The notes below the pieces were generated by a model. That model saw nothing but the letters and a program-made list of their open reading frames with translations. It did no database searches and was not told the origin of the DNA. The position numbers were made by a program, and so were the translations under genes. From assembly GCA_049999805.1 (NCBI GenBank), contig JBNGIO010006333.1, positions 114,802 through 154,056 of the forward strand: 39,255 nt of DNA, in the 5' to 3' direction. Positions within the stretch are counted from its first letter, which is position 1, and each line of letters begins with the position of its first letter. Source of the stretch: Folioceros fuciformis. Its lineage: Eukaryota. Positions 1-11,800 of the stretch are shown piece after piece.

Positions 1-1590
1 CAATTCAGCTCCCTGGAGTCCTGGACTATGCTAGTACGCGGATCCGCAGGAGTAGTAACATTTTCCAGAGTGCGCTGTCATTTTGGTGGGTTGCTGTTTC
101 CTTCGCGCAATAATCAGACTTGAAACCCTCACTCTTCGTGCAGGACCTTCCTGAGGAACCACCAAAGTATCTGCTGGCAATGGCTGCACCCATCAGAAGC
201 AGAGTGCACGTAGACTACATGATCCGACGGGTAACGGCTACCTCCGATGACCATCTTGAGTGATACACCGGGACATGGAAATGAGTTTTAATGGAACACG
301 GATGTAAATATGCTGCCCTGACAGTGACACACTCTGTGTTGCAGTTTCCTGCAGCAAATTTTACTGTTGTTTTGTTTCATTACGACTCCTCATCCCTCGG
401 CGAATGGGCAGAATTTGAGTGGAGCAACCGAACCATCCACATCCAAGCCCAAGGCCAAGGGAAATGGTACCTTTCTCGGCTTTGACAAAAGTTGAATGGG
501 TGCCTGATACCGTAACACAGTCATTCAAGTGCGGTACTCGTTCTGACTGCTGTGCGCTTAAGTAAATGCGCTGTGTACTTTTCTCTGCTTGCCATTTGGA
601 TGACAGGTGGTTCGCCAAACGCTTTTTACACCCAAGTGTGATTTCCGCCTATGAGTATGTGTTCTTCTGGGATGATGATCTTGGGATGGACAACTTCCAT
701 CCTCTAAGGTTAGACACCGTCCAATTTTGTTCATGCGTTCCGGTAGGGCTTTGTATGTACACTGCGAACCCTGACGTAATCTTTGTTTTGCCAAGGTTTT
801 TAGACATAATGAGACGCAACTCCCTTGAAATAGCTCAACCGGCCCTCTTCCCGTTCACACAAGTGCACCACAGCATTACCAGATTGGTGAATGGTTCAGA
901 GTTTCATAAAATCGACCCGTCCAATCCCCTGGTAGTGGGGGGGAACAAATCCGATTGCGTGGAAGCCATGTGGCCTCCTTGTGCTGGGTGCGTGACTTGC
1001 ATCTTTTTATGCGTCTGAAGCAGGCCCTGCCTTTCTGGCACGAAAGTGACTTACTGGCAGTGATTTGTGGAGTTGGAAACAGATTTGTAGAAGGTATGGC
1101 ACCGGTCTTTTCAAAGAAGGCGTGGGCTTGCGTGTGGCACATGATCCAGGTCTGTAATTCACTTCTTAGAAGCATGACGAACTTGTAGGCTTTGCCTATC
1201 CTGTTTGGTGTGTAGGAGTCAGAAATGGTTGTTGGACTGTTGGTTTTAACTTGCAGCAGCCCCTGTGCAGAATGATCTTGCGCACGGGTGGGGGATTGAT
1301 CTTTCCTTTCACGTATGTGCAAATGGTCCAGGCCACGAGAACATGGGCATCATCGATGCGGAATNNNNNNNNNNNNNNNNNNNNNNNNNNNNNNNNNNNN
1401 NNNNNNNNNNNNNNNNNNNNNNNNNNNNNNNNNNNNNNNNNNNNNNNNNNNNNNNNNNNNNNNNATCCTGACCCTGTGCCCCGTTGCTTCTCTGGAGACA
1501 GCACTTCACTGCCATAAGAAATGGTTTTTTCTGTCACAGATTTTCCAGGATACAGGAAAAACTTTCAAGAGCGTGGTACGTAGTGACTGA
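1..1590 (+). CDS. DUF707 family protein (lysine ketoglutarate reductase trans-splicing related 1-like), multi-exon, 5' end outside window, interrupted by an N gap at 1365-1464
   Basis: GT-AG spliced exons give KYLLAMAA...FTVVLFHYD...EFEWS..IHI.AQGQGKW|WFAKRFLHPSVISAYEYVFFWDDDLG...LEIAQPAL...HHSIT...PPCAG|FVEGMAPVFSKKAWACVWHMIQ|NDLAHGWGID, characteristic DUF707 motifs. The last exon and stop (~1583-1590) are uncertain because of the gap. Confidence 0.9.
1365..1464. other. Assembly gap (100 N)
   Basis: Run of exactly 100 N. Confidence 1.
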
Positions 1591-2046
1591 ACTTCTTTTC
1601 AATCTAGATCTAGCGCACGATGGTAGTAGGCTTATGCATGCTACAGCTGTTGTCGTACTTCACAACGCAGGCTCTGTGTCTGGTAATGGCGGCAGGTTGA
1701 GGAGAGAAGTGCAGTGGAGGACGAGCTTTTCCGCAGTCGTTGGCACGCAGGTCTGGCGTACGATTGGAGTCATCCTTGCCCGTAGGCGGACGAACTCGGT
1801 TCACATAGTGCCGTGTTCGATCTCAGTAAAAGTATTTTCTGGTATCGCTGTCGGGACGGCCATCCAAGAATACCCGGGGTGACATCTGTACCCTCGGTTC
1901 CATGGGAGCTCCACAGTCCAGTCTAGCCCCATCGAGTCCAATCGCCTGACTACGGTGTTACGGTGTCCCGAAGGAAAGCCCTACCGGCCCCCGCGAAAAC
2001 GTCCGTCTCGTTTCGTCCCAAAATCCGAACTTAGAATGGAGCTTAA

Positions 2047-2120
2047 CACGCGGCCTGCTGATTGGCCGCTGGTTGTTGACGGAAGCAAGTGATTGGCCGA
2101 CCTTTGTAAGCGTGACATGG
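2047..2120 (-). promoter_or_regulatory. Two CCAAT boxes and a UPRE-like octamer upstream of the PDI gene
   Basis: TGATTGGCCG occurs twice (ATTGG at 2061-2065 and 2092-2096); TGACATGG at 2113-2120 is one mismatch from UPRE TGACGTGG. Function is inferred only. Confidence 0.35.
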
Positions 2121-2523
2121 CACGCCCAGTCAGCATCGAGATGGATGTGTTCGGTGGTCGGGAATAATAAGAAACTGGCTGGGAGGCACTTTCTGTAGTG
2201 GTGAAATTTCCCGCTGTTCCGATTTACCTGCAGAGGAGAGGGAGCGGATTATCACGTAACTGCAGTCTCCGAATGCGAATTCCCAGCTGGAAGAAGGCTC
2301 ATGTATGCGTCGCATTGGTTTGCCGGTGTGTCGGAATTCCTGCACCTGCCTGTTTCTTGGTACATGCGAGGTGCTTTCTAGCTCGATCTGTTTGCATGTT
2401 ATGTGGTCTTTGCTAAACAGTTGTCTCTAAAGCTGCTTTTTGTTGTGTGCTCAGGAGTCCGGTAGTGCCTTGTTGACGGCAAGGGAAAGAATCGGGGGAG
2501 GACGCGGCTTTTCACATTAGCCG

Positions 2524-4766
2524 ATGGCGTGTCAAACGGGTCTCATCTGCCTCAATGCTGTGGTGCTGCTGCTCGCGATCTTGCATGGAAGTAGTATAGC
2601 GGCGGCGCTCTACGGACCGTCCTCTGATGTTGTCACTCTTAGCCCATCCAACTTTAAATCTAAGGTTTGATCTTTCGACCGTGAACGCCTCTCTGGCCAA
2701 TTGTTCTGCAAATCTCACCTGTGGGGAAGGAAAGAATGATTTCCGTGTGACTGGAGTGGTGCGTTTCTCGCCTTTGATCTTCAGGTGGTTCAAGCGGACG
2801 GGATCACGTTCGTGGAGTTTTTTGCCCCCTGGTGCGGGCACTGTAAAGCTTTGGCACCCGCTTGGGAGAAAGCTGCTACAGCTTTGAAAGGTTTGGTGAC
2901 TGTTGCTGCTCTCGACGCAGATGCACATCATTCGCTGGCTAAGGCAATGTCTCACGTCCACCTCGGTGCTTCTTACCTGAAAAGCTTCTTCTGGACCTTG
3001 AAGAGTCGTTGGCGTCGGGTTCTGTCGTCTGAGCTTTGAGACTCATGCAGGAATATGGTATCGAAGGGTTCCCCACCATTAAGATTTTTGGCGTGGGAAA
3101 ATCCCCAATTGACTATCAAGGGGCCCGAGATGAAAGGAGCATCGTGGACTTCGCTATCCAGCAGGTAACTGGTGTTGTAGCTCGTACGACTTTCTGCCTT
3201 GTTGCGAAAGACGGAACATCATGTGTTCTCTCGGTAGCTTGCCTGGCTCTGAAGACTCTCCTGGCTGGACAGGTGAAGGTCTTGGCACAGAGCAGACTTG
3301 GTGGCAAGTCGTCCAAAAAGGGGGGAGGCAGCAGTGCCTCTGTTGTCTTGACGGAGAGCAATTTCGATGAGCTAGTACTGGAGAGTAATGACCTGTGGCT
3401 TGTGGAGTTCTATGCCCCGTGGTACGCCGACCTGCTTGCCTCCTCCCCAGTCTTGCTCGTATACTCCAGGGTTCCCTCACACACCAATCTCTGACTGTGT
3501 TGACCAGGTGCGGCCACTGCAAGAAACTGGCACCTGAATGGAAGGCTGCTGCCAAGAATTTGAAGGGCAAGGTCAAGTTAGGAGAGGTCGACGGTGATGC
3601 CGAGAAGGTAGGTGCCCCACAGTATCTCTTGCTCGTGCCTGGTGTGGGTACTCCTGTTGTCGATGGTGAGTTCCCGTGGACGGAAAGCTTACCGTTTCCG
3701 TCTGATTATGCTGATGGTTTCATGCCTATTGCAGGGACTTCTGAGTAGGTATAGTATTACCGGGTTTCCCACAATTTTGGTTTTTGGGGCTGACAAGCAA
3801 AACCCAACAACTTACGAGGGTGGGAGAGTGGCGTCTGCCATTGAGTCATATGCACTTGAGCTGCTTCAAAATGTAGCAGTGGCCCCTGAGCTGGCGGAGC
3901 TTACTACTCCGGTGAGTATTTCGGTCCCTTATCCACAAGGGGCATGCTTCTTGCGCATATTGATTGTTGCTGTGCTGCTAGGCTGTGTTACGTCTTTGTT
4001 ACGTTTATACAATAGCAAACGTTGCACAAATCAACACCTGGCTATTTAATTTGAGGCAGCATTTCTGGAGGCTTTGAATGTTCTGCCACTCAGCATCCAA
4101 TTCTCCCTGCAGGACGTGTTGGTCAAGAGCTGTGGCTCCGCAGCCATCTGTTTTGTGACGTTCGTGCCTGACATATTGGACACAAAGGCAGAGGGCCGCA
4201 ACAAGTATCTTGACGTCCTTCGAACTGTTGCTGAAAAGTTCAAGAAAAATGCCTATGGGTGAGAAAAAAGCATGGCACTGCTTGGATGAATTTTGATGGA
4301 AGATGTGCGTGTGCTGTACTCTCACTTCGCGCCTTTGTTTTGAAACTGCAGTTATTTATGGGCAGCAGCTGGAAAGCAACCTGCACTCGAAAAGGCGTTA
4401 GGTGTTGGAGGCTATGGCTATCCCGCCTTGGTGGCTTACAACGTAAAGAAACGTGTCTATGCTCCTCTGCGGAGTGCCTTCGAGCTGGACGCTGTTGTGT
4501 AAGTTGAATGCCCTTCAGTTTTGCTGTGCGCGAGAAGCAACGATCACGTCCCGTGATCGGCTAATGCTTCTAAATGGTTTTCCAGGAAATTTATCTTCGA
4601 AGCTGGGCGAGGAGGCAAGAGCATTGTGCCAGTGGAAGGTGACCCGGAAGTTGTGACAACCGAGGCTTGGGACGGTCTGGACGGGGAATTGTTGGAAGAG
4701 GACGAGTTCTCGCTTGATGAGTTGATGGGAGACGACAGCTTCCCCGCCGGCAAGGATGAGTTATGA
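2524..4766 (+). CDS. PDIL2: Protein disulfide isomerase PDIA6/PDIL2-2/2-3 type (a-a'-b, ER lumen), multi-exon
   Basis: ATG 2524 with signal peptide [30 protein letters not shown]; two thioredoxin sites ([10 protein letters not shown], and [10 protein letters not shown] split by an intron); GFPTI motifs; acidic tail ending KDEL-TGA at 4764-4766. Confidence 0.96.
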
Positions 4767-5200
4767 AAAGGTTCGATCCATAGTGAGGAACGCCCAACTT
4801 ATGGACGGCATATGATATTTTTGCAGCATCTGGATGCGGAACCCAGGTGTCGAGATTGGTTGTCGTTTGATGAGGCGCAGGACAGACGTAGGTGGGTTGT
4901 TAGGAATGGATACATTGCCCGATTTTCGAAGTCGAAATTTCGCTAAAAATTAGACACATTGCCCCCCTCCTACGAATCGTAGGAGCTGTGAAAGACTTGC
5001 AGATTGTGAAACCATCCATTTATAGTTAAGGTGCGCATCGCGACTCTAAACCTTGTCAGGAGATGTGGAGGAGCGATAGTCCGAAACCTGGGTGGCCTCG
5101 GGGCTTGAAACCCTTGACAGGTGCATGTCATCAAAGCTCGTTGCTGTGGTGACCAGGAATTGTGGTGCACGCTGCGCCTTGTGCCCGTCTTCTACCAGCC

Positions 5201-5764
5201 ATGTCTTGGCGAGCGCAAGTTTCCCGCACGGTCCGAGAGCTTCGCATCCACCTCTGCCAAACATCCGACTCCAGCAATGCCACCCGGTATTCCATCGTCC
5301 CAGATTCACTTCCGTCTTTCGTCACAGGTTGTGCATGCGTGGTCTTTGCCTGCCCTCACCGGACGCCGTGAGAAAGCCATGATCCTCATCCTCACCAAGA
5401 CCGGTACCGCACCTTCTTGCAGAGACTTCATACTTCGGAACTACCAAGACTTGAAGCTTCTTAATCCAAGGCTGCCGATACTCATTCGGGAATGCTCTGG
5501 TATCGAGCCACGCCTGTGGGCCCGATTTGGTGCGTTTCCTCTTCCTCATTGCCTTCTTTGGGAATCTGTGGCTTGATATTAGCGTTTCAGGGGATAAATT
5601 GGCTGTGCCATATGGGTGCAGATCGTGGAGTTGAGCTGAGTGTCCCTCTCCAAGGTTTGGATGTCCATCAAATCGAAGGCAAGCTAGAAGCGCTATCTAA
5701 AGGTGGAAGTGATCAGGTTGATGTGGAATTACCGGCTCAAGAACAGCAAGCCCTGGCTGCCTAG
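5201..5764 (+). CDS. NDUFA2: NADH:ubiquinone oxidoreductase subunit B8 (NDUFA2 / CI-B8), 3 exons
   Basis: MSWRAQVSRTVRELRIHLCQTSDSSNATR|DFILRNYQDLKLLNPRLPILIRECSGIEPRLWARF|DRGVELSVPLQGL...; matches the known B8 pattern with both conserved Cys. Confidence 0.95.
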
Positions 5765-7145
5765 ATTGCAGGTACACCCCTGAGCAGCAGGAGCTGAAAG
5801 TCCCTTCCCGTGGAGGAAAATTTGAGATGACGTTCCTGAAGGCAGCCAAATGATGTGATTGACTCTTTGCAGCTCACGAAGCCTGGCAGAGTTGAAGATG
5901 ATCTTCACGGCTTAACCCAGGAACCCTGGAGGCCTTTAATGGTGGGAGTGTAGGCTTGTCAGGCGGGCCTGTGTTTAGCGGCTGCCGTGTCTGGCGTCTG
6001 AATACACACTCTGTACTTGTCATGTTTGCCATAGGGAGTGTTCCAAAGCACGAGCGCAATTGTTTTGGCATCCGGAAGAACGGACTGGGAACATTCTTCC
6101 CAGGTCGAGCGTTTTGAAGATTTTGGTGCGTTTCCGCTCGCTTGTGGTGCGGTTGATCTTCAAGAGTCACTTCGAAAACACTTTTCTTTCCGAACCACTC
6201 GCTCTGTGGTAGTACTCGTGGAGGGATAGTAGTCGTTGGGAAGCGTGAAATACACAAGTGGAAGCAGCAATGCCGTGGAAGTAGCAATGCCGTGTGATGG
6301 CAGTACCTCCGAGGACAGCGTGAAGTTAATCGCAGGCAATCCCGGGGCAAGGTCGTGGGGAGGCAAATCCTTGGAAACTGCAGAAATCATGTGAACGAAG
6401 CAGTATGGCAGTCCAGTTCACGGGGGACGACTCGGGATCACGCGTCCTGGCCGGTAAAATGTAGAGCTGCAGTTCTTGGAACGGTCCGAGCATTTTGGCC
6501 GGCAAGAAAGATCCAGGTTATCGCGGCGAAGCACGGAAAGCATGGCCCCATCGTTTCTTTGGCCAGGTTTAGCCGGCCCTCGTACACGCAAACATGTAGC
6601 GCGCAGGAGGCAGGCTGTGTAGAGTGTAGACAGTTGATGCGGAATCGCATCATGTAGCAGCAGCAGGAGCAGCTGTGAGGGATCATCGACCCCTGCACAC
6701 GCAAGAGCGGCAGTAGCGGCATTAGCAGTGTACGTCCTCGGGACGACGATCCTTTCTCCAATCTCACTGTCACGGCACTGTGCCACACACCAACTCTCTT
6801 GATCGGCTCGCCTGGCCTGATCTGACCGATTCCGGCTAGGGCGGGGCCGCGCAGTTACCGAGGTGAAGCATGCGTAGTACGCGGGTAGAAAACCAGGCGG
6901 AGATGGAGGTGCGGTGCGGTGCGTCGAGGAAGCCAATAGCACGCCAGCTAGTAGCCGCGAAGGAAGGCCCGATCAGGGCAGGCGGCAAAAGGGCGGCAGG
7001 CAGGCCGAGTTGCAAAAAGGGGAGAACAGGGTAGGGGGGAGACTGATGATGCAAGACACTACTGGATGCATTTCAGGCAGGCTCTCCGAATGTCACGGTA
7101 AAAAACCAGAAGCACGGAGGAGGATCGGAGGCCAAGGAAATGGAG

Positions 7146-7159
7146 TCTCTCTCTCTCTC
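7146..7159. repeat. (TC)n microsatellite
   Basis: tctctctctctctc. Confidence 0.8.
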
Positions 7160-7569
7160 ATGAGCTAGCGGATGCAGCGTGGAGCAGAGTAAAGGCGCTC
7201 CTGATCAGTCCTGACTAGCATTGCGCGTGCGGACCGCGGTGTGGAGGCATCAAGGCTCCCAGGACGCTCCAGCCGTCAATCGTGGCAGGGCACGATAGAC
7301 GCCGTGATAAAGCGTAGCACGGTGGCGGGGGCTGTTGTGTGATGTAACGGGGACACATGCAGGGTGGTGTCCGGGGGCCGGGAGTAGGCCCATCGCTGAC
7401 ACCTCCCCCTTCCCACCTTCCCCACCCTTCCTGTAGACGCGCGCAGGCAGCCACAGAGCCTGCGGCCGCTGCCAACAGGCCAAGAGGTGAATGTGGGGGG
7501 GATGATGCAACGCAGGGGTGGGGTCCCCATGCCATGCTTCCCGTTGGTCCCTTGGGCGGTGCGGCATTC

Positions 7570-7602
7570 TCGCGCGCGCGCCCACACACACACACACACA
7601 CA
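7570..7602. repeat. (CG)n followed by (CA)n microsatellite
   Basis: cgcgcgcgcg ccc acacacacacacacacaca. Confidence 0.85.
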
Positions 7603-7851
7603 TAACAGAGAGCACGCCAGATCGGCAAAGCGGAAAATGGAATCCTTGTGCAAAGCTCCTACAGGCGAACCGGGAATCCGGATCAATTTCTACACACGAG
7701 AAGACGAAGCCGAAGACGGGATAGGAAGAAGGGAGGTGGAAACGGGAATGTTTCTGTTGTAAGCACGGATTGCAATTTGACCGACCGATAAGACGGTGGT
7801 GTTTCCTAATCGGGGGCTCCATTGACAGCCATTAACAGAAGTGCTTGCAGT

Positions 7852-7948
7852 GGGCCAAGCCAAAGCCGAAGCCAGAGCCAAAGCCACAGCCGAAGCCAGA
7901 GCCAAAGCCAGAGCCGAAGCCAGAGCCAAAGCCAGAGCCGAAGCCAAA
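7852..7948. repeat. Degenerate hexamer minisatellite AGCC(AA/GA/AG/AC), about 15 units
   Basis: gccaagccaaagccgaagccagagccaaagccacagccgaagccagagccaaagccagagccgaagccagagccaaagccagagccgaagccaaag. Confidence 0.9.
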
Positions 7949-8667
7949 GTGAGAAAAATGAAAAAGAAAGAGGAAAAAGTCGGTAAAGGAAAGAAAAGGT
8001 GAACGAACGTAGGAGGACATTGGTTGAGAGGAAACTGGTAGGTACCAGGATTTGTGAGTCGGCGGGCAACGGGGACCGCGACCAGATTACACACATACTA
8101 CATAGACCACTTCCACACTGGGCTCGACTCCCCTCACTCAAGCACCCTGAATCTCGATTCCCGCTTGCGATACTCGGACGCCATGGCATTAGAAATAGAA
8201 ATAGAAATTACAGTGGCTATAGGTGCTTGCGGCGTGAGCATCAATCTGAGTTTGAGTTTGGTTGTTCTGAGTTGTTTGTTGGATTGTAATTTGCATAGGC
8301 CGGGCGAGAGCGGGTGCGTGAGGGTGTGGGTGTGGGTATGCAGTGAAGTCTGCAGTCTGCTCTTCTGGGCCATGACCTGCACTTCCGCTTCTTCTTTGTC
8401 AATTTCATGCCAGCATATCGGCCCCCCCGGTCCTGTGCTGTCCCGTCCCAGCTCTGCCACCCTGCCTCGGTATCCTAGGCCCCAGCTGCTGCTACTGCTA
8501 TATGTACCCATCGCTGATGTAGCAATTTCATGCCAGCCCATCGTCCCTGTGCCCATCCCCTTGCTGCTCCTGCTCCGCTCCCAAGGGGTCCTGGGAGCAG
8601 GACTGCCTTTTCACCTGCCTCTGCTGCTCCCCCTGCTCGGCCTAAGCTGGTGGTGCTGCCCATCGCC

Positions 8668-8700
8668 TGCTGCTGTTGCTGTTGCTGTTGCTGCTGCTGC
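8668..8700. repeat. (GCT/GTT)n simple repeat upstream of the RLT start codon
   Basis: tgctgctgttgctgttgctgttgctgctgctgc. Confidence 0.8.
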
Positions 8701-8837
8701 CCCTGCCCTTGCCCCGGCCCCGGCCTGCCGTGCTGCGGGGTGGGAGGGAGCCCAGATCCCTCAGCCTTCTCGTCCTGATCGCGCGCGACCCTTGCTGTTG
8801 GTGGCTCTCCGATTACTTACTGGTCTTGGAGAGTAGG

Positions 8838-11800
8838 ATGGAGTCGGAAGATGCGGGAGGCGATGGGGGAGGGCGCATGTCCCCCGACGACAGAAAGGAC
8901 GTGAAGCGCAGGATGAAGTCCAAGGAGCAATTGCAAGCCCTGGAGAAAGCCTACAATGGTTTGTTCTAATTCCGTCTCGTTCGGCTCCGGGAATATGATG
9001 CTGTGCCTAGATGGATGTTGCCACGATGTGGTGGTTACGCCTCTAACCTGCTATATATGTGTGCAGAGCATAAGTATCCGCTAGAATCAACACGGGCGGA
9101 GCTGTCAGCTACGCTCAAACTGACGGATAAGCAGCTGCAGGTCTGGTTCTCGCACCGCAGATTGAAAGACAGGAAGGTCGAAGACAACCCTTCTGCTACC
9201 TCCAAGAAGGCAAAGAATAAGGAAAAGCCTGCGACCGATAGGGGCAGGGTTGCGTCGGCCGACCACGTACAGGAGGACCAAGGGCCTCAGCAGCAGCAGC
9301 CGTCCCAGCCCGACCCGCACCCGCAACAGCAGGAGCAAGAGCAGGAGGAGGAGCGCCTTGTTATGAGCTTGCAGCCGTCGCGGCCGCAGTCGCAGCCTGT
9401 GCAGCAGCAGCAGCAGCAGCCAGCGCTTGTCAGCCCTCCGCCGGACCAATCCGGGGCTGAAGCTGGGCATGCCATGGAGGATTCGGAGTGGGAAGCTGCA
9501 CCGCCCGCTTCCAAGGCCAGGAGGAAGAACACCGACTCTCCTGCTGTTCCCAAGAGGAAGCCTCCTGCCAAGGGCAGACGGACAGCTGCAGAGTTGGCTG
9601 CCTTGAAGGCCTTCGAGGCTCAGATGGCGGAGGGCATGCGAGAGGATGGACCCCCTGTGGGTTTCGAGTTCGATCCTATCCCGCCCATTGGCTTTGCAGG
9701 TCACCCCACAGGTGTGTCGGTCTGCCCTCCCTACCTCCGCCCCTTCTCAATTATGATTCTCCGCAGTGCTCGCTCTGCCATGGATGCTAGGTTTGTTTTG
9801 CTCACAATTCTTTGCATCTCTCTCACCAGAGCGCGATCTTCCTCTTGACCCTCCTGAGGAACAGGAGGATGTGCCCAGAGTAGCAGTGCGCCGTGGGCTA
9901 AATGCGAGAAAAGTAAAGGTTCCTCCTCGCCATCCCGATGTCTGTGCTTGCACATCTCTCGCTCTCGCGCTCTCTCTCTCTCTCTCTCTCTGTGCCCCTC
10001 AGTCTGCCTTGTGTATCAATCTGCCTTGCTCGTGTTCAACTAACTGTCCGTGTTTTTAGCACTCAACCCTCTGTGTTGTCATCTTTCTCCCTGGCCCAGG
10101 CTGCTGCGCGAAATCGCCCACCATTGCCCACAACCAATGGAGTCAAGCGCAAAGCTGCTGGCAAGGCTGCCTCAACTTCCACTGCGCTGCCACATACAAT
10201 GCGACCCGTTCGTGAATATCAGTTCATCCCTGAGCAGCCAACTGGAAGACCCGAAGAGCAGAACTTATATGATAAGGCAACAGAGTTGAATCTGTACCCA
10301 AATGCTGAGAGGCCGTTTGATGTGGTTTCAGCTTCTAGGGTTCGTTCTCTTACTCAACCAGCACCACCTATATTCCCTTCCAATGAAGCGTACACAGCAG
10401 GGGAGGGGTATTACCAGGCCAGAGTTGTATCAGTCGGGGCTAGTATGTTCCCTACAGCTGAAGCCGGGGCTGGTGGGTTGATTGCTCCAAATGACATAAA
10501 CTTTGAGGGAGGTCAGCGTGTGGAAGGTCTTCCTAGTTATGATGTCGATCCATCCAAAGCTCTATTCCACCTGGCTTCCAGACATGATAATCATGCCAGA
10601 CATGAAAGTCTTAATCTCTACCAAGAACAGGATCGGGCTCGACTGGAGAAAAAGCGAAAGGTATGTATTGTGACTGTGGGACATTCTTGGGTTGCGAGTG
10701 TGATCGGTATCAGGATTGGGACTCCTGTGTAGTAAGTAGCCTCGTACTCTGTTTTCTCACACCCCCTCTCCCTTGCACCAAGACCCTGGTGTGCTCGGAT
10801 GTGTGGTGACAGCATCCATAAGTGGATAGCGTACTGTCACCTGTACTATGGCCTCTCTTTTTCTTCTGTCAAGTTTACACAACTGTTTGCCCCGTTTTGC
10901 AGATGGAAGAGGCTAAGCTTCACAAGGAGATGGAAGCTCAAGAGAAAAGAATGAAGAAGGAGCTTGACAAGCAAGAGATTGCAAGGCGCAGGGTGAGTAC
11001 AAGATTCTTTGAACACTATCATGCCTGTAGCCAACACTGCTACCTTTTGACCCTAAACCCTTGGAATGAAGGAAGAGGAGCAGCGAAAGAAAGATGCTGA
11101 GAAGCAGATGAGGGAGAAGAAGAAAGAGCAGGAAAAGATACAGAAGGAACAGGAGCGTAAAATGCGAGAAGCACAGCGTGAGGAAGAACGGAATAAAAAG
11201 CAGCAAGAGAAGGAGTCCAAAAGGGTAATTGTACTGATACATTTCTTGGAGTTGAAGGGACAGTGTAGTTTAATTTTTCAGTAGTTACTCGGATGTGCAT
11301 CCCCCCTTTGCTCAGTTGGAGAAGGAGTCCAAGAGGGTACGTGTACTGGTAGATTTCTTTGGAGTTGAAGTGTCAGTTTGGTTGAGTTTGATCAGTAGTT
11401 ACTCACATGTGGTTCCCCTTTGTTCAGTTGGAGAAGCTGCGGCAAAAGGAGGAGTTGCGCCAGCAGAAAGAAGCTGCAAAAGTGAAGGCTGCGAATGAGA
11501 AGGCAACAGCCAAGAAACTGGCCAAGGAAAACGCTGAAACTGTGGATGATGAGCGCCTGGAGCTGATGGAGCTGGCTATTGCTGCACTAGGCTTGTCATC
11601 CGTTGCTGAACTGCCTCCAGACGATGGGGTGGATATTCTGGAGGAATACAGACGTACGTATTTGGTTCTTGAGATATTTGTTGTGCGGTCTTGGAAGTAT
11701 TATATGTGGTTGTTGATGTTGGCTGTCTGGTGCAGCTATGTTGAAGCCATTCCCACCTCCGTCTGTGAAGATGAAACAAGCTGTGTTGATTCGTCCCTGG

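Noticed and set aside
7852-7948. Possible CRISPR-like array
   Set aside because: The units are contiguous 6-mers with no spacers, in a eukaryotic context.
7690-8189. ORFs with (AL)n, (LW)n or (GFGS)n tracts
   Set aside because: They are translations of the stop-free hexamer minisatellite; there is no other coding evidence.
8134-8556. Minus-strand ORF containing 'ICWHE', reminiscent of the DVL/ROT4 peptide C-terminus
   Set aside because: It lacks the required LYI.RRC..ML core; the WHE repeat comes from a duplicated 15-mer.
8054-8836. 260-aa plus-strand ORF upstream of RLT
   Set aside because: Low-complexity, repeat-driven sequence with no recognisable domain; it looks like UTR/promoter DNA.
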